Position numbers and translations under genes: made by a program | From: an uncultured Bacteroidales bacterium | GTDB taxonomy: Bacteria; Bacteroidota; Bacteroidia; Bacteroidales; GCA-2748055 | DNA: 64,000 nucleotides | Assembly: GCA_963764345.1 (NCBI GenBank) | Contig: CAVXSF010000009.1 | Span: 131,116 to 195,115, forward strand | Direction of reading: 5' to 3' | The notes under the pieces: model-generated | The model's input: the letters and a program-made list of their open reading frames with translations, nothing else | Databases searched by the model: none | What the model was told of the DNA's origin: nothing | Shown: one piece after another, positions 1 to 9,560 of the stretch | Position numbering within the stretch: the stretch's first letter is position 1 | Layout: the number at the start of each line of letters is the position of its first letter

Positions 1-207
1 CTGAAACATAAAATACCGTTTATTGAACATATTGAAGGCGGTATCAACTTCAATACACGCGATAAAGCTTTCGATGTGGCGCTCGTCAGCGATTTTCGGT
101 CGCGTGAGGACCTGGAAGCCTACCGCATACATCCCGATCATCTTAAGCTGATCGCTTTTTTGAAAAACTATGATTATGATCTCGTGGTAACCGATTATGA
201 ATATTAA
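1..207 (+). CDS. C-terminal fragment of a Dabb / stress-responsive alpha-beta-barrel family protein; the 5' end lies outside the window
   Basis: The frame is open from base 1 to TAA at 205-207. My translation is ...IEGGINFNTRDKAFDVALVSDFRSREDLEAYRIHPDHLKLIAFLKNYDYDLVVTDYEY. The DLxxYxxHPxH segment is typical of Dabb domains. It is absent from the ORF track because it has no start codon in the window. Confidence 0.55.
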   Translation: MKHKIPFIEHIEGGINFNTRDKAFDVALVSDFRSREDLEAYRIHPDHLKLIAFLKNYDYDLVVTDYEY

Positions 208-1203
208 TGCAAATCAACATGAACGAACTTTATCCTCTTAAATTCAGACCAATATTAAAAGACAAGATCTGGGGCGGAACAAAGTTAGATGAGGTTCTTC
301 ATAAAACCGAAGCCTCTGCCCAGTGTGGCGAAAGCTGGGAAATCTCGACCCTCGAAGGCAACATCTCCGTGGTTGACGGGGGTTTCCTTGACGGCAATAA
401 TCTCCTGGAGCTCGTTGAAATCTACATGGGCGACCTGGTGGGTGACCGGGTTTATGATACCTTTGGCCTTGAATTTCCGCTTCTGATCAAATATCATCGA
501 CGCCAACGAATGGCTTAGCATCCAGGTGCATCCCGACGATGCAACGGCGGCTGAAAGGCACCAGTCTTTTGGTAAAACGGAGATGTGGTATATCATTGAT
601 GCTGAAAAAGACGCTGCGCTGATTACCGGTTTCAACCGTACGGTTGACAAAGCCACCTATCTTGAGCATTTCAACTCCGGCACGCTAAAAGACATTCTGA
701 ATGTCGAGAACGTAAAAGCCGGTGATTGTTTCTTTATCCCGGCCGGCAGGATTCACACGATCGGAGCAGGTATTCTCCTCGCCGAGATCCAGCAGACCTC
801 TGATGTGACCTACCGGATTTTCGACTGGAACAGAACCGACGACCAGGGCAATGCCCGGGAGCTGCATACCAGCCTGGCCCTGGATGTTATTGATTTCAAC
901 CATTACGATGATTACCGGACGGAATATGAGGCAGTCATGAACAAGACAGTTAATCTGGTGGACTGCAACTATTTCACTACGAACATCATCCGGCTGACCG
1001 AACCAGTGGAAAAGGACTACAACCTGATTGATTCCTTTCTGATCTATATGTGTCCCCGGGGAAAGGTGAATATTCTTTACGCTGAGAATCAGAGTGTCAG
1101 TCTTTGTCAGGGAGAAACCGTCCTGATCCCGGCCCAGCTGAAAAACCTGGTAATCGAACCTCTTGAAGAATCCGAACTACTGGAGATCTATATAAGGCAT
1201 TAA
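207..1203 (+). pseudogene. manA: Class I (cupin-type) mannose-6-phosphate isomerase, interrupted by one +1 frame change as sequenced
   Basis: ORFs 207-518 and 526-1203 are the two halves of one protein. The N-part reads LYPLKFRPILKDKIWGG...GESWEIS. The next frame reads IDANEWLSIQVHPDD...GKTEMWYI. Dropping one base in ctgatcaaatatcatcgac (about 495-505) restores LIKFIDANEWLSIQVHP. The probable true start is ATG 219 (MNELYPLKF). Confidence 0.85.
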
Positions 1204-1280
1204 ACGGCATCCGGGGCCTCAGGCGGGACTGCTTAGTTCTTCAGGTGAAGATGGCCATATTGCCGGGATAAATAAATTTC

Positions 1281-1670
1281 ATGAATATGATCCTGCATGT
1301 CAGACCAGGCATTGAGAATACTATCCGGCGTGAAGTAAGGGAGGAAAACATCGCCTCGGGGTATGGTGAGGACCAGCTGCCGGTACCGGAGATGGACTCT
1401 TTCATGGAGTACCCCACCCTCTCCTCCGTACATTCGATGCTGCCTGACGAATACAGCAGTGTTGGGCCAGAGATCCGTTTAAAGCATATGAAACCTGTAA
1501 CAGCAGACACAATGCTGATACGCCATTCAAATCTGAGGGATGAAAGCGGCAGAAAACTCTTTTTCGAAATCAGTATTCGCAGCCGTACTGATTTTGTTAG
1601 TACAGCCTCGCATGTCAGGGCTGTTGTGAATAACGAAAGTTTCTTACGAATGATCAGGACGGAACCATGA
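1281..1670 (+). CDS. Hypothetical protein (weak call)
   Basis: This 129-aa ORF is co-oriented with its neighbours. Its TGA overlaps the engB ATG in an ATGA arrangement at 1667-1670, which suggests coupling. I recognise no motif, and the opposite strand is also open across this interval. Confidence 0.3.
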   Translation: MNMILHVRPGIENTIRREVREENIASGYGEDQLPVPEMDSFMEYPTLSSVHSMLPDEYSSVGPEIRLKHMKPVTADTMLIRHSNLRDESGRKLFFEISIRSRTDFVSTASHVRAVVNNESFLRMIRTEP

Positions 1671-2272
1671 AGATGACCAGTTCAGAATTTATTAAAAGCA
1701 GTGCAAAACTGCAGGAATGTCCGGATACCGGTTTGCCGGAGATCGCTTTTATCGGCCGGTCAAACGTGGGCAAGTCATCACTGATCAACTTACTGACGGG
1801 ACGAAAAAACCTGGCAAAAACATCGGTGTCTCCGGGAAAGACAAGGCTCATCAACCATTTTCTGATAAACAGACAGTGGTACCTGGTAGACCTGCCGGGT
1901 TACGGATATGCCAGGGTCAGTAAGGGAGAACGGAAAAAGTTCGGGAAGCTGATCGAAAGCTACATTTCCGGGAGCAAAAACCTGGTATGCCTGATGGTAC
2001 TGATTGACAGCCGTCTTGAACCCCAGCAGACCGACCTCGATTTCATTCAATGGCTTGGAGTGAACGGTGTACCTTTCTGCCTTGTTTTCACTAAAACCGA
2101 CAAGCCCAAACAAAGGGAACTGCGTCTGAACATACAACGGTTTGAAGCAGAAATCCTGAAAACATGGGAAGAGATGCCACCGACATTCATGACTTCTGCC
2201 CTGAAAAAAACAGGAAAGGAGGATGTTCTGGATTATCTGGGGAAAATCACGGAACTTCAAAGTAACTTTTAA
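1667..2272 (+). CDS. engB: Ribosome-biogenesis GTPase YihA/EngB
   Basis: It has the G1 motif FIGRSNVGKSSLIN, then DLPGYGYA and TKTDK (G4). Its length of 201 aa is typical of EngB. Confidence 0.9.
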   Translation: MKMTSSEFIKSSAKLQECPDTGLPEIAFIGRSNVGKSSLINLLTGRKNLAKTSVSPGKTRLINHFLINRQWYLVDLPGYGYARVSKGERKKFGKLIESYISGSKNLVCLMVLIDSRLEPQQTDLDFIQWLGVNGVPFCLVFTKTDKPKQRELRLNIQRFEAEILKTWEEMPPTFMTSALKKTGKEDVLDYLGKITELQSNF

Positions 2273-2305
2273 AAAAGATTCATTTAATATTGCCTTAAGA
2301 TTGAT

Positions 2306-2313
2306 TACATTTG
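2306..2313 (+). promoter_or_regulatory. Candidate Bacteroidota -7 promoter box (TAnnTTTG) for prs
   Basis: TACATTTG lies 43 nt upstream of the prs ATG at 2356. This is a motif match only. Confidence 0.35.
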
Positions 2314-2355
2314 CCACCGTAAAAACATCATATTCATACTATCCCTGTAGAAACC

Positions 2356-3294
2356 ATGATCAATAATGCTCCTGTAAAATTCTTCGCAGGAAGGGGGACA
2401 AAACCTCTGGCAGAAAAAATAGCTAAATCCTTCGGGATCGAGCTTGGAAAAACGACTGTTCTTGAATTCAGTGATGGCGAATTGCAGCCTTTTTATGAAG
2501 AATCGGTCAGAGGATGTATAATCTTCATCATTCAATCCACGCCCCCGCCTGCTGAAAACATCCTTGAACTGCTTCTCATGATCGATGCGGCAAAAAGGGC
2601 CAGCGCCTACAAGGTGGTGGCTGTCCTCCCCTACTTTGGATATGGCCGGCAGGACAGAAAAGACAAGCCAAGGTCGTCCATCGGCGCTAAACTTATCTCC
2701 AATCTGCTTGTCTCTGCCGGCGTCGACCGGGTGATGACCATGGATCTGCATGCCGACCAGCTCCAGGGGTTTTTTGACGTTCCCGTCGACCATCTCTATG
2801 CATCTTCCATCTTCGTGCCCTATATAAAAAGTCTTGAACTCGAAAATCTGGCCGTTGCTGCACCCGATATGGGAGGTACCAAACGGGCAAATGCCTACGC
2901 CCGATTCCTCGGCTGCCATATGGTGATCTGTTACAAGGTCAGAAAAAAACCAAACGTGGTTGAGGAGATCAGGGCTATCGGGGATATCAAGGGCAAAAAT
3001 ATTTTTATCGTCGACGATATGATCGATACGGCAGGTACCATAACCCTGGCCGCCGAGATGATGAAGAATGAAGGTGCCCTGTCGGTACGTGTCGTAGCCA
3101 CACATCCCGTGCTGTCGGGCCCCGCCTACGAACGCATTGAACAATCTTTCATCGATGAGGTGATCGTCACCGATTCCATACCTATAAAAGACTTCTCCGG
3201 GAAGATCAAAGTCCTTTCTATTGCCGACCTGTTTGCCGAGGTCATTAATAAAGTCTATAATTATCAGTCCATAAGCTCACATTTTATCACATAA
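2356..3294 (+). CDS. prs: Ribose-phosphate pyrophosphokinase (PRPP synthetase)
   Basis: This 312-aa ORF carries DLHADQLQGFF and the PRPP-binding loop VDDMIDTAGT. Confidence 0.95.
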   Translation: MINNAPVKFFAGRGTKPLAEKIAKSFGIELGKTTVLEFSDGELQPFYEESVRGCIIFIIQSTPPPAENILELLLMIDAAKRASAYKVVAVLPYFGYGRQDRKDKPRSSIGAKLISNLLVSAGVDRVMTMDLHADQLQGFFDVPVDHLYASSIFVPYIKSLELENLAVAAPDMGGTKRANAYARFLGCHMVICYKVRKKPNVVEEIRAIGDIKGKNIFIVDDMIDTAGTITLAAEMMKNEGALSVRVVATHPVLSGPAYERIEQSFIDEVIVTDSIPIKDFSGKIKVLSIADLFAEVINKVYNYQSISSHFIT

Positions 3295-3299
3295 GTTAT

Positions 3300-3307
3300 T
3301 ATATTTG
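3300..3307 (+). promoter_or_regulatory. Candidate -7 promoter box (TAnnTTTG) for rplY-pth
   Basis: TATATTTG lies 85 nt upstream of the rplY ATG at 3392. This is a motif match only. Confidence 0.3.
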
Positions 3308-3391
3308 CACTCCAATTTTCAAAGATGTCTAAATGACCTATATGTGATGGGGAATTAGAGTATTGTTTAATTCTTAGTAGCAAAATTTATT

Positions 3392-4042
3392 ATGAAAACT
3401 GTAGAAATTCAGGTTAAAAAAAGAGAAAAACTCGGTAAATCCGACACCAAACGCCTCAGAAACGAGGAAATGGTACCCTGTGTAATGTATGGCGGAAAAG
3501 AAAACTATCATTTTTACGCTCATGAAAACCTGTTCAAGAAGATCGTGTTCTCTCCCGATATCTTTCTTGTTTTGATCAATATGGAAGGAACTAAAATAAC
3601 AGGCATTATACAGGAAATCCAGTTTCATCCGGTAAGCGACAAGATCACACATATCGATTTTGTTGAGGTAATCGAAGGCAAACCGGTGATAGCTAACATC
3701 CCGATCAGCCTGACGGGTAATTCTGTCGGTATCCGTAACGGCGGTAAACTGAGACAGAGAAGAAGGTATCTAAAGGTAAAAGGCCTTGCAGAGAACCTGC
3801 CCGACAAACTCGAAGTGGATATTTCCAACGTCAATACTGGCGAGGTGATCAAGGTCGGTGACCTTACCTACCCCAATCTTGAAATTCTGGATCCTCACCG
3901 TTCCATGGTTGTCTCCGTCGTTTCCTCACGCGTTGCCTTGAAGGGGATGTCGATCACTGAAGAAGGGGTTGAAGTTGAAGAAGCTGCTGCTGAAGGTACT
4001 CCTGCAGAGGGTGAAGGTGCTGAAGAAGCCGCCGCTGAATGA
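3392..4042 (+). CDS. rplY: 50S ribosomal protein L25 / general stress protein Ctc
   Basis: This 216-aa ORF has an N-terminal L25 fold signature (KREKLGKSDTKRLRNEEMVPCVMYG) and an acidic Ala/Glu-rich tail. It lies immediately upstream of pth, which is the usual arrangement. Confidence 0.9.
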   Translation: MKTVEIQVKKREKLGKSDTKRLRNEEMVPCVMYGGKENYHFYAHENLFKKIVFSPDIFLVLINMEGTKITGIIQEIQFHPVSDKITHIDFVEVIEGKPVIANIPISLTGNSVGIRNGGKLRQRRRYLKVKGLAENLPDKLEVDISNVNTGEVIKVGDLTYPNLEILDPHRSMVVSVVSSRVALKGMSITEEGVEVEEAAAEGTPAEGEGAEEAAAE

Positions 4043-4066
4043 TGATTTAAAATTGTCTGTTCAATT

Positions 4067-4630
4067 TTGAAGTATCTAATCACAGGACTCGGTAATCCCG
4101 GTGAGCAATACGCCCACACACGCCATAATATTGGATTCGATATACTGGATGCCCTTGCCGGGGCATCCGGTATTTCCTTCCAGGATAAGCGCTACGGGTA
4201 CATTGCCGAGTTTAAGTACAAATCCAGGATTTTTCATCTGCTCAAGCCTACCACCTTTGTCAACCGCAGCGGGCTTGCTGTTCATTATTACCTTAAAAAG
4301 CTTGCCATCCCTCAGGAGAACCTTCTGGTGATCGCCGATGACCTTGCCCTTCCTTTCGGCTCCCTGAGACTTCGTCCTCGTGGCAGCGATGCCGGACATA
4401 ACGGGCTCAACAGCATCATCTCAACATTGGGAAACCAGATTTTTCCAAGGCTCCGTTTCGGTATTGGTAATGATTTCCCCCAGGGCTACCAGGTCGATTA
4501 CGTTTTGGGGCACTTTACAAGTGAGGAGGAAAAACACCTCCCGGAAAGGATCAGCCTGGCGGTGGAAATTATCAGATCCTTCGGCACCATTGGGATCGGT
4601 TATACCATGAATGAATACAATAACCGCTGA
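4067..4630 (+). CDS. pth: Peptidyl-tRNA hydrolase
   Basis: Motifs present are LITGLGNPGEQYAHTRHNIGF and GSDAGHNGL. The start codon is TTG. Confidence 0.9.
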   Translation: MKYLITGLGNPGEQYAHTRHNIGFDILDALAGASGISFQDKRYGYIAEFKYKSRIFHLLKPTTFVNRSGLAVHYYLKKLAIPQENLLVIADDLALPFGSLRLRPRGSDAGHNGLNSIISTLGNQIFPRLRFGIGNDFPQGYQVDYVLGHFTSEEEKHLPERISLAVEIIRSFGTIGIGYTMNEYNNR

Positions 4631-4704
4631 AAAGATTACCGCAACCTTTCATGTAACCGTTTGTTACTTCATTTGTAATCCAACCTGAATCTTTCATTAC
4701 ACAT

Positions 4705-5991
4705 TTGCTTCCGATGGGGAAACGAACGATTCAATATATCATCTTTTTCTCGGCACTGTCACTTTCGGGACTTATCGTCACACAGATGCTGTGGGTACGT
4801 AATGCCCTGAACCTGGCTGAAAGACAGCACTCTCACAGGGTCGACCTTGCTCTCGATGATGTACTTCAGGAACTGAATGACAGAATCGCTTCTGTAAAAG
4901 ACAGCGTCGTAAATGTTCAGAGAACAGAATTATCACGCCAGGAAGGAATCTTCAGTGTTCTGGACCTTACTTTCCTGGATGAGCTGATCCGGAAATATGT
5001 CGACTATCACGATCTGGACAGAAAATATGTATATTCTATCGTTAAAACCAGGAACGATTCTGTCGTATTCAGCTCTTCCGCCTATCTGCCAAAAAGGAAC
5101 CGGTCCGGGATCCACAAAGCCTGTCTTCACAGTATCTGGAAGAAAGACTATTACCACCTCGAACTATATTTTCCAAACCAGAGGCGGGACGAACTGATCC
5201 GGATGTCGGCATGGATGCTGACTTCGGGTATTTTCCTGATCATCATCATCTTATCCTTTTATTATATCATCTTTACCATCATCCGGCAAAAGAAGATCTC
5301 CCAGATCCGTGACGATTTCATCAATAATATCACTCATGAATTCAAAACCCCGATCGCTACCATCTCCCTGGCTTCCGAAGTCCTTCTGAACACTCAGAAA
5401 GAAGATCCAGGATCAAGAATTGCCAGGTACTCGCGTGTGATTTACGATGAAAACAGCAGGATGCGCCGGCAGGTAGACAGGGTATTGAAGCTGGCTGAAC
5501 TGGAAAAAGGCGACTTCCGGCTCGACATGACTATTCTCAACATGGATGATATGATCCGGAAAAATGTGGATAACCTGCTGCTTGAACATTGTAACCGGGA
5601 AATTGAACTCATTTACCACCTCGAAGCAAAAAACCCGATGGTCCGTATTGATGAACTTCATTTTGGAAATATCATCAACAATCTTGTCGGCAATGCCATA
5701 AAATATTCGGCTGAAAAACCGGTTATTATAATCAGCAGCCGGAATGAAGGCAACTCCTATGTATTCTCCGTCGGGGATCAGGGTATCGGGATAAGTCGTG
5801 AGAACCTGTCTCACATTTTCGACCGGTTTTACAGGGTTCCCACAGGGGATGTACATAACACAAAAGGCTTTGGCATAGGCTTATATTATGTGAAGCGCAT
5901 GACCGAAAGTCACGGGGGTAAAATAAATGTTCACAGCGAACCCGGTAAAGGTACGCGTTTTGATGTATTCATTCCACAGGCGAATTTATAA
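4705..5991 (+). CDS. Membrane sensor histidine kinase (HisKA + HATPase_c)
   Basis: There are two hydrophobic segments, the H-box ITHEFKTPIATISLASE, an N box NLVGNAIKYS, and the G boxes DQGIGIS / GFGIGLYYVKRMTESHGG. The start may be ATG 4714 rather than TTG 4705. Confidence 0.85.
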   Translation: MLPMGKRTIQYIIFFSALSLSGLIVTQMLWVRNALNLAERQHSHRVDLALDDVLQELNDRIASVKDSVVNVQRTELSRQEGIFSVLDLTFLDELIRKYVDYHDLDRKYVYSIVKTRNDSVVFSSSAYLPKRNRSGIHKACLHSIWKKDYYHLELYFPNQRRDELIRMSAWMLTSGIFLIIIILSFYYIIFTIIRQKKISQIRDDFINNITHEFKTPIATISLASEVLLNTQKEDPGSRIARYSRVIYDENSRMRRQVDRVLKLAELEKGDFRLDMTILNMDDMIRKNVDNLLLEHCNREIELIYHLEAKNPMVRIDELHFGNIINNLVGNAIKYSAEKPVIIISSRNEGNSYVFSVGDQGIGISRENLSHIFDRFYRVPTGDVHNTKGFGIGLYYVKRMTESHGGKINVHSEPGKGTRFDVFIPQANL

Positions 5992-6001
5992 AGTGAACGT
6001 C

Positions 6002-6718
6002 ATGAAGAAAAATAACAGTCCGAAAATACTACTCGTGGAAGATGATACCAACCTCGGGTATGTTCTGAGCGACTTTCTTCAAATAAGCGGCTATGAGGTT
6101 ACTCTTGCCAGGGACGGCCGGGAAGGATTGGATAAATTCCGCGATGGCAATTTCGACCTTTGTATTATCGATGTTATGCTTCCGGTAATCGACGGCTTCA
6201 CTCTCGCGGAGGAGATCAGAAAATCAGCCCTCGGCATCCCCTTCATTTTTCTCACCGCCAAGAGTATGGAAAAGGACCGAATCAGGGGATTGAAAATTGG
6301 TGCCGATGATTATATCACCAAACCATTCAGTACTGAAGAACTGAGTCTGAGAATCGACGCAATCCTCAGACGATCAAAATATTCCATTCTGAAGAATGAT
6401 GTCACCGACGTATTTCATATAGGCAGCCTCGCCTTCGATTATACCAATCACCTTCTGACAACTCCAAAGGGCGAAAGACGGCTGACCAGGAAGGAAGCCG
6501 AAGTTCTTCGTCTCCTGTGCATCAACAAAAACAAAGTGGTCAGAAGGGAAGTGGCCCTTAAGAATATCTGGGGTGATGATGATTATTTCATGGGGCGAAG
6601 CATGGATGTGTACATCGCCAAACTCAGGAAATTCCTGAAAGACGATACGAGGGTGGCTATTGTGAACATCCCCAGGACCGGCTTCATGCTTGAGGTCAGT
6701 GATGAAGCGGATGATTAG
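6002..6718 (+). CDS. OmpR/PhoB-family response regulator (receiver + winged-helix)
   Basis: I chose ATG 6002 (MKKNNSPKILLVEDD) rather than the track start at 5927, which overlaps the kinase. The receiver Asp context is DLCIIDVMLP, and the C-terminal trans_reg_C-like segment reads LTRKEAEVLRLL...DVYIAKLRKFL. Confidence 0.9.
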   Translation: MKKNNSPKILLVEDDTNLGYVLSDFLQISGYEVTLARDGREGLDKFRDGNFDLCIIDVMLPVIDGFTLAEEIRKSALGIPFIFLTAKSMEKDRIRGLKIGADDYITKPFSTEELSLRIDAILRRSKYSILKNDVTDVFHIGSLAFDYTNHLLTTPKGERRLTRKEAEVLRLLCINKNKVVRREVALKNIWGDDDYFMGRSMDVYIAKLRKFLKDDTRVAIVNIPRTGFMLEVSDEADD

Positions 6719-6774
6719 CTGCCGGCTTTGTGACTTTCCCACCCGTACTTATTCGTTAATATGAATCTCAATGT

Positions 6775-7161
6775 ATGATAGTAAAAGTGGATAACCAGCC
6801 CAGAATAGACAAATACCTCTGGTGCATCCGTGTGTTCAAAACCAGGTCGATGGCTACGGAAGCCTGCAAAAAAGGCAGGGTCAAAATCGATGGTCAGCAG
6901 GTCAAACCTTCAAGATCTGTTAAGGAGGGGGAAGAAATCGAGGTTAAAAAAGCCCCGGTGACGTATATCTTCAGGATCCTGGCCTTTCCCAAAAACAGGC
7001 TGTCTGCCAAACTGGTGCCTGAATACGCTGAAGACAGGACTGCGGAAGAGGAACTGTCCAAACTGAAGTTGCAGGATGATTTCTTTATCAGACGGGATAA
7101 AGGAACAGGACGGCCAACCAAAAGGGAACGACGCATTATCGATAAGCTAAAGAATAACTGA
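6775..7161 (+). CDS. S4-domain RNA-binding heat-shock protein 15-like (HslR family)
   Basis: This 128-aa ORF has the S4 motif IDKYLWCIRVFKTRSMATEACKKGRVKIDGQQVKPSRSVKEGEEIEV. Confidence 0.75.
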   Translation: MIVKVDNQPRIDKYLWCIRVFKTRSMATEACKKGRVKIDGQQVKPSRSVKEGEEIEVKKAPVTYIFRILAFPKNRLSAKLVPEYAEDRTAEEELSKLKLQDDFFIRRDKGTGRPTKRERRIIDKLKNN

Positions 7162-7162
7162 T

Positions 7163-7705
7163 ATGATCATTGCAAATCAAAAAAGACAGGAAAACATTGC
7201 CGAATACCTGCTATACATGTTTCAGATCGAAGACATGATCAGGGCTTCAGAATTTGATATTGATCTGATTGAGAAACGGATCATCTCCGGTTTTGATCAG
7301 CCTTATGATGTGAAACGTGACATGCGGGAGTGGTACCTTTCCCTGATCGGTATGATGAAGGAAAACAGCCTGGAGATCCATGGGCACATCCCGTTGTTAA
7401 CCAGTCTGATCGATGAGGTGAATCAGCTTCATATCCGGCTGCTGAACAAGGCGGACGAGTTTGAATATAACCGGATTTTTGCCAGTGCCCGACCCGGGGT
7501 GGAAGATCTGAAGGCTAAATCACACGCGAGTGATATCAGTGATGTTGAACTGGGTCTGAACGGCCTCTATGGCCTTCTCATGCTGAGGCTTCAGCAACGA
7601 AAGCTCAATCCCGGCACAGTGAAAGCCCTTGGTTATATAAGCGAGTGGCTTGCTGAACTGTCTTTGCGTTTCCGCGAACTGGAACAGGGCAGGGTCGAAA
7701 TCTAA
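7163..7705 (+). CDS. Conserved hypothetical protein. It resembles the DUF4924 family often found next to hslR in Bacteroidota (from memory, unverified).
   Basis: This 180-aa ORF starts 2 nt after the previous stop. Its N-terminal segment is QENIAEYLLYMFQIEDMIRA. Confidence 0.55.
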   Translation: MIIANQKRQENIAEYLLYMFQIEDMIRASEFDIDLIEKRIISGFDQPYDVKRDMREWYLSLIGMMKENSLEIHGHIPLLTSLIDEVNQLHIRLLNKADEFEYNRIFASARPGVEDLKAKSHASDISDVELGLNGLYGLLMLRLQQRKLNPGTVKALGYISEWLAELSLRFRELEQGRVEI

Positions 7706-8583
7706 AACGTGTATGCGAAGCCCACACCCAGAACTTCCTTGATCTGCCAGCCCGGACCTGAACTCCCGTCTTTCTTTATCAATTTGATGTTGTCATCGTA
7801 AATGCCGTTCATGCTCACGGTGGCCGAAAGGAATTTATTAATCTTCATATTCAGGAGCAGTTCGAAATTGATATCGATATTTCCGGGTTTATCCAAATAA
7901 TTGGAAAAGAAGTCCACCTTCGATCCAAAGGTTACGTTCTCCATAGGTTCAATCGAATACACGACCCTGACATACCCCCCGAATTCCGTCCGGAGCTTGT
8001 TTCCCGGTTCCACGCCGAACTGGCCTGCAGCAGAGAGAGAATCATCAAGGACGAAGGTCATTTTTGCCGCCAGAGGCGAGAGGAAAAGGCTGAAATGATC
8101 ACCCGGTTTATAATCCATACCAACTGAACCAGTAAGATACGCCGGGGAAAAGAAGTCAGATATCCGGCTTTTAGCTGTGTCACCATAATATTTGTAACCG
8201 CTGGCAAACTGGCTCCTGAAATTCAGCAGGGCACTGTACTGCCATTCTTCAGAGGCTTTCATTCCATACTGGGAGGTAAATTCAAGACGGTCGTTGGTTT
8301 TTCGGGTAATGGTACCCTGCCGGTTAAAGCCGAATCCAAGGTCAAGGGAATTATTCCAGCTGGATTTAAGCGTCAGGTAATTGGCGAAGGTATTGAAAAT
8401 CGCCACACCCGAGACTGAAGGATCACCACCTGCCGACCATTGGTAAAGGGAGACCTGTGAGAACGTCAGATTTCCCATCCCTCCGGTGTTCCAGCCAAGA
8501 GTGTCTTTATCGGCATCCTCATCCTGGGAAAAGACAAGATTAAAAGAGAGAAGAAGAGATAGTGCAAAAAGGAGCTTTTTCAT
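7702..8583 (-). CDS. Outer-membrane beta-barrel protein, DUF3078-like
   Basis: It has the signal peptide MKKLLFALSLLLSFNLVFSQ, alternating beta-strand patterning, the motif WNTGGMGNLTFSQVSLYQWSAGG, and a C-terminal aromatic residue (YTF). Confidence 0.6.
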   Translation of the reverse strand: MKKLLFALSLLLSFNLVFSQDEDADKDTLGWNTGGMGNLTFSQVSLYQWSAGGDPSVSGVAIFNTFANYLTLKSSWNNSLDLGFGFNRQGTITRKTNDRLEFTSQYGMKASEEWQYSALLNFRSQFASGYKYYGDTAKSRISDFFSPAYLTGSVGMDYKPGDHFSLFLSPLAAKMTFVLDDSLSAAGQFGVEPGNKLRTEFGGYVRVVYSIEPMENVTFGSKVDFFSNYLDKPGNIDINFELLLNMKINKFLSATVSMNGIYDDNIKLIKKDGSSGPGWQIKEVLGVGFAYTF

Positions 8584-8792
8584 AGAGTAGTCTTTTGAGT
8601 AGTCAGGTTTTGAGGCAATAGATTGCAGTAAAAATAGATATTATCCGATTTAACCGTTAACAAGCGATAACAGGATAAATTGTTTGGACTTCCGGAATGA
8701 ATACCTGGCCACCGGAAGACAGGGCAAAAAGGGTATCAGCCCCTCTTTTGAGAACGCTTGCTTCCCTTGCCTCCTGTAGTCCAAAATCCTTC

Positions 8793-9248
8793 TCACTCCG
8801 GCCCGGATACCAATTCCTTTTCTTTCATACCTTTTTCCAGAAACCGGTCCTCCCATTTTCCGCCGGGATTCAATGGTTCCTCCCTCTGTCCGAACCACCT
8901 GAACCTGTTTTTCGCTACCCAGTTGTAGAGCCGGTCTCTTACGAAAGGAGGTATAATGACCAAAGCATAGAGAAGATTCACCGGGAACCGGAGCTGCCGA
9001 AATATGCGGAGCACAGCCTCCGAGCGAAAATATTTTATTCCCTTCTCCACCAGGATCACCGATTTAAAAGGGGATTCATTGACCGACAGGGGAAACATCA
9101 CTTTGCGCTTTTTTGACCGCAGACCCAGAAACCGGAAGGTCCCTTTGATGTCATGCCGCAGTATGAACATGACCGTGGCGCTGCATAGATTGCAGTGCTC
9201 ATCGTACAGGATAACGGGAAAATCCGGGCCGGATGGTTTTTTGGGCAT
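8793..9248 (-). CDS. DCC1-like thiol-disulfide oxidoreductase (DUF393 family)
   Basis: ILYDEHCNLCSATVMFI carries the CxxC motif near the N-terminus. The 151-aa length fits the family. Confidence 0.75.
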   Translation of the reverse strand: MPKKPSGPDFPVILYDEHCNLCSATVMFILRHDIKGTFRFLGLRSKKRKVMFPLSVNESPFKSVILVEKGIKYFRSEAVLRIFRQLRFPVNLLYALVIIPPFVRDRLYNWVAKNRFRWFGQREEPLNPGGKWEDRFLEKGMKEKELVSGPE

Positions 9249-9307
9249 GATGCCTTGTTTTCTTGATGAACAATCTTCGGGCGATAATGATCGGAGAAGA
9301 AGAGGTT

Positions 9308-9551
9308 GGGGAGTTAGGGATTGAGGGATTGAGGGATTGAGGGATTGAGGGATTGAGGGAAAGAGGAAAGGAGGAATGATGGTGTTTGTAGAGGCGCAAT
9401 TAGGAGATCTGGAGGAATCGAGATTAATTTCGCAAAAACGAATTGAGGGATTGAGGGATTCAGGGAATAGGGATTAATCGATTGACGTGCAAAACTGAAA
9501 TCTGTGCCTAATCTGTTCGTAATTGTCCTAATCTGTGAAATCTGTGGTGAA
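9308..9551 (+). repeat. G-rich mosaic repeat array R1, the shortest member of the five-array family
   Basis: The left end is GGGGAGTTAGGGA, followed by 5x GGGATTGA (9317-9356). A degenerate middle follows. The right end is TTCGTAATTGTCCTAATCTGTGAAATCTGTGGTGAA. Confidence 0.85.
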
Positions 9552-9560
9552 TCTTCTTCT

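Noticed and set aside
2305-3144. A 279-aa minus-strand ORF opposite prs. Similar shadow ORFs are 12266-13015 and 12963-13661 (opposite plsC/SDR), 14209-14640, 17328-17954, 55872-56453, 56755-57723 and 45457-46743.
   Set aside because: Each overlaps a well-supported conserved gene on the other strand and has no recognisable motifs.
8650-9399. ORFs 8650-8898 (minus), 8697-9116 (plus), 9004-9324 (plus) and 9199-9399 (minus) around the DCC-family gene.
   Set aside because: They overlap the better-supported 8793-9248 minus-strand gene or run into array R1. They have no motifs.
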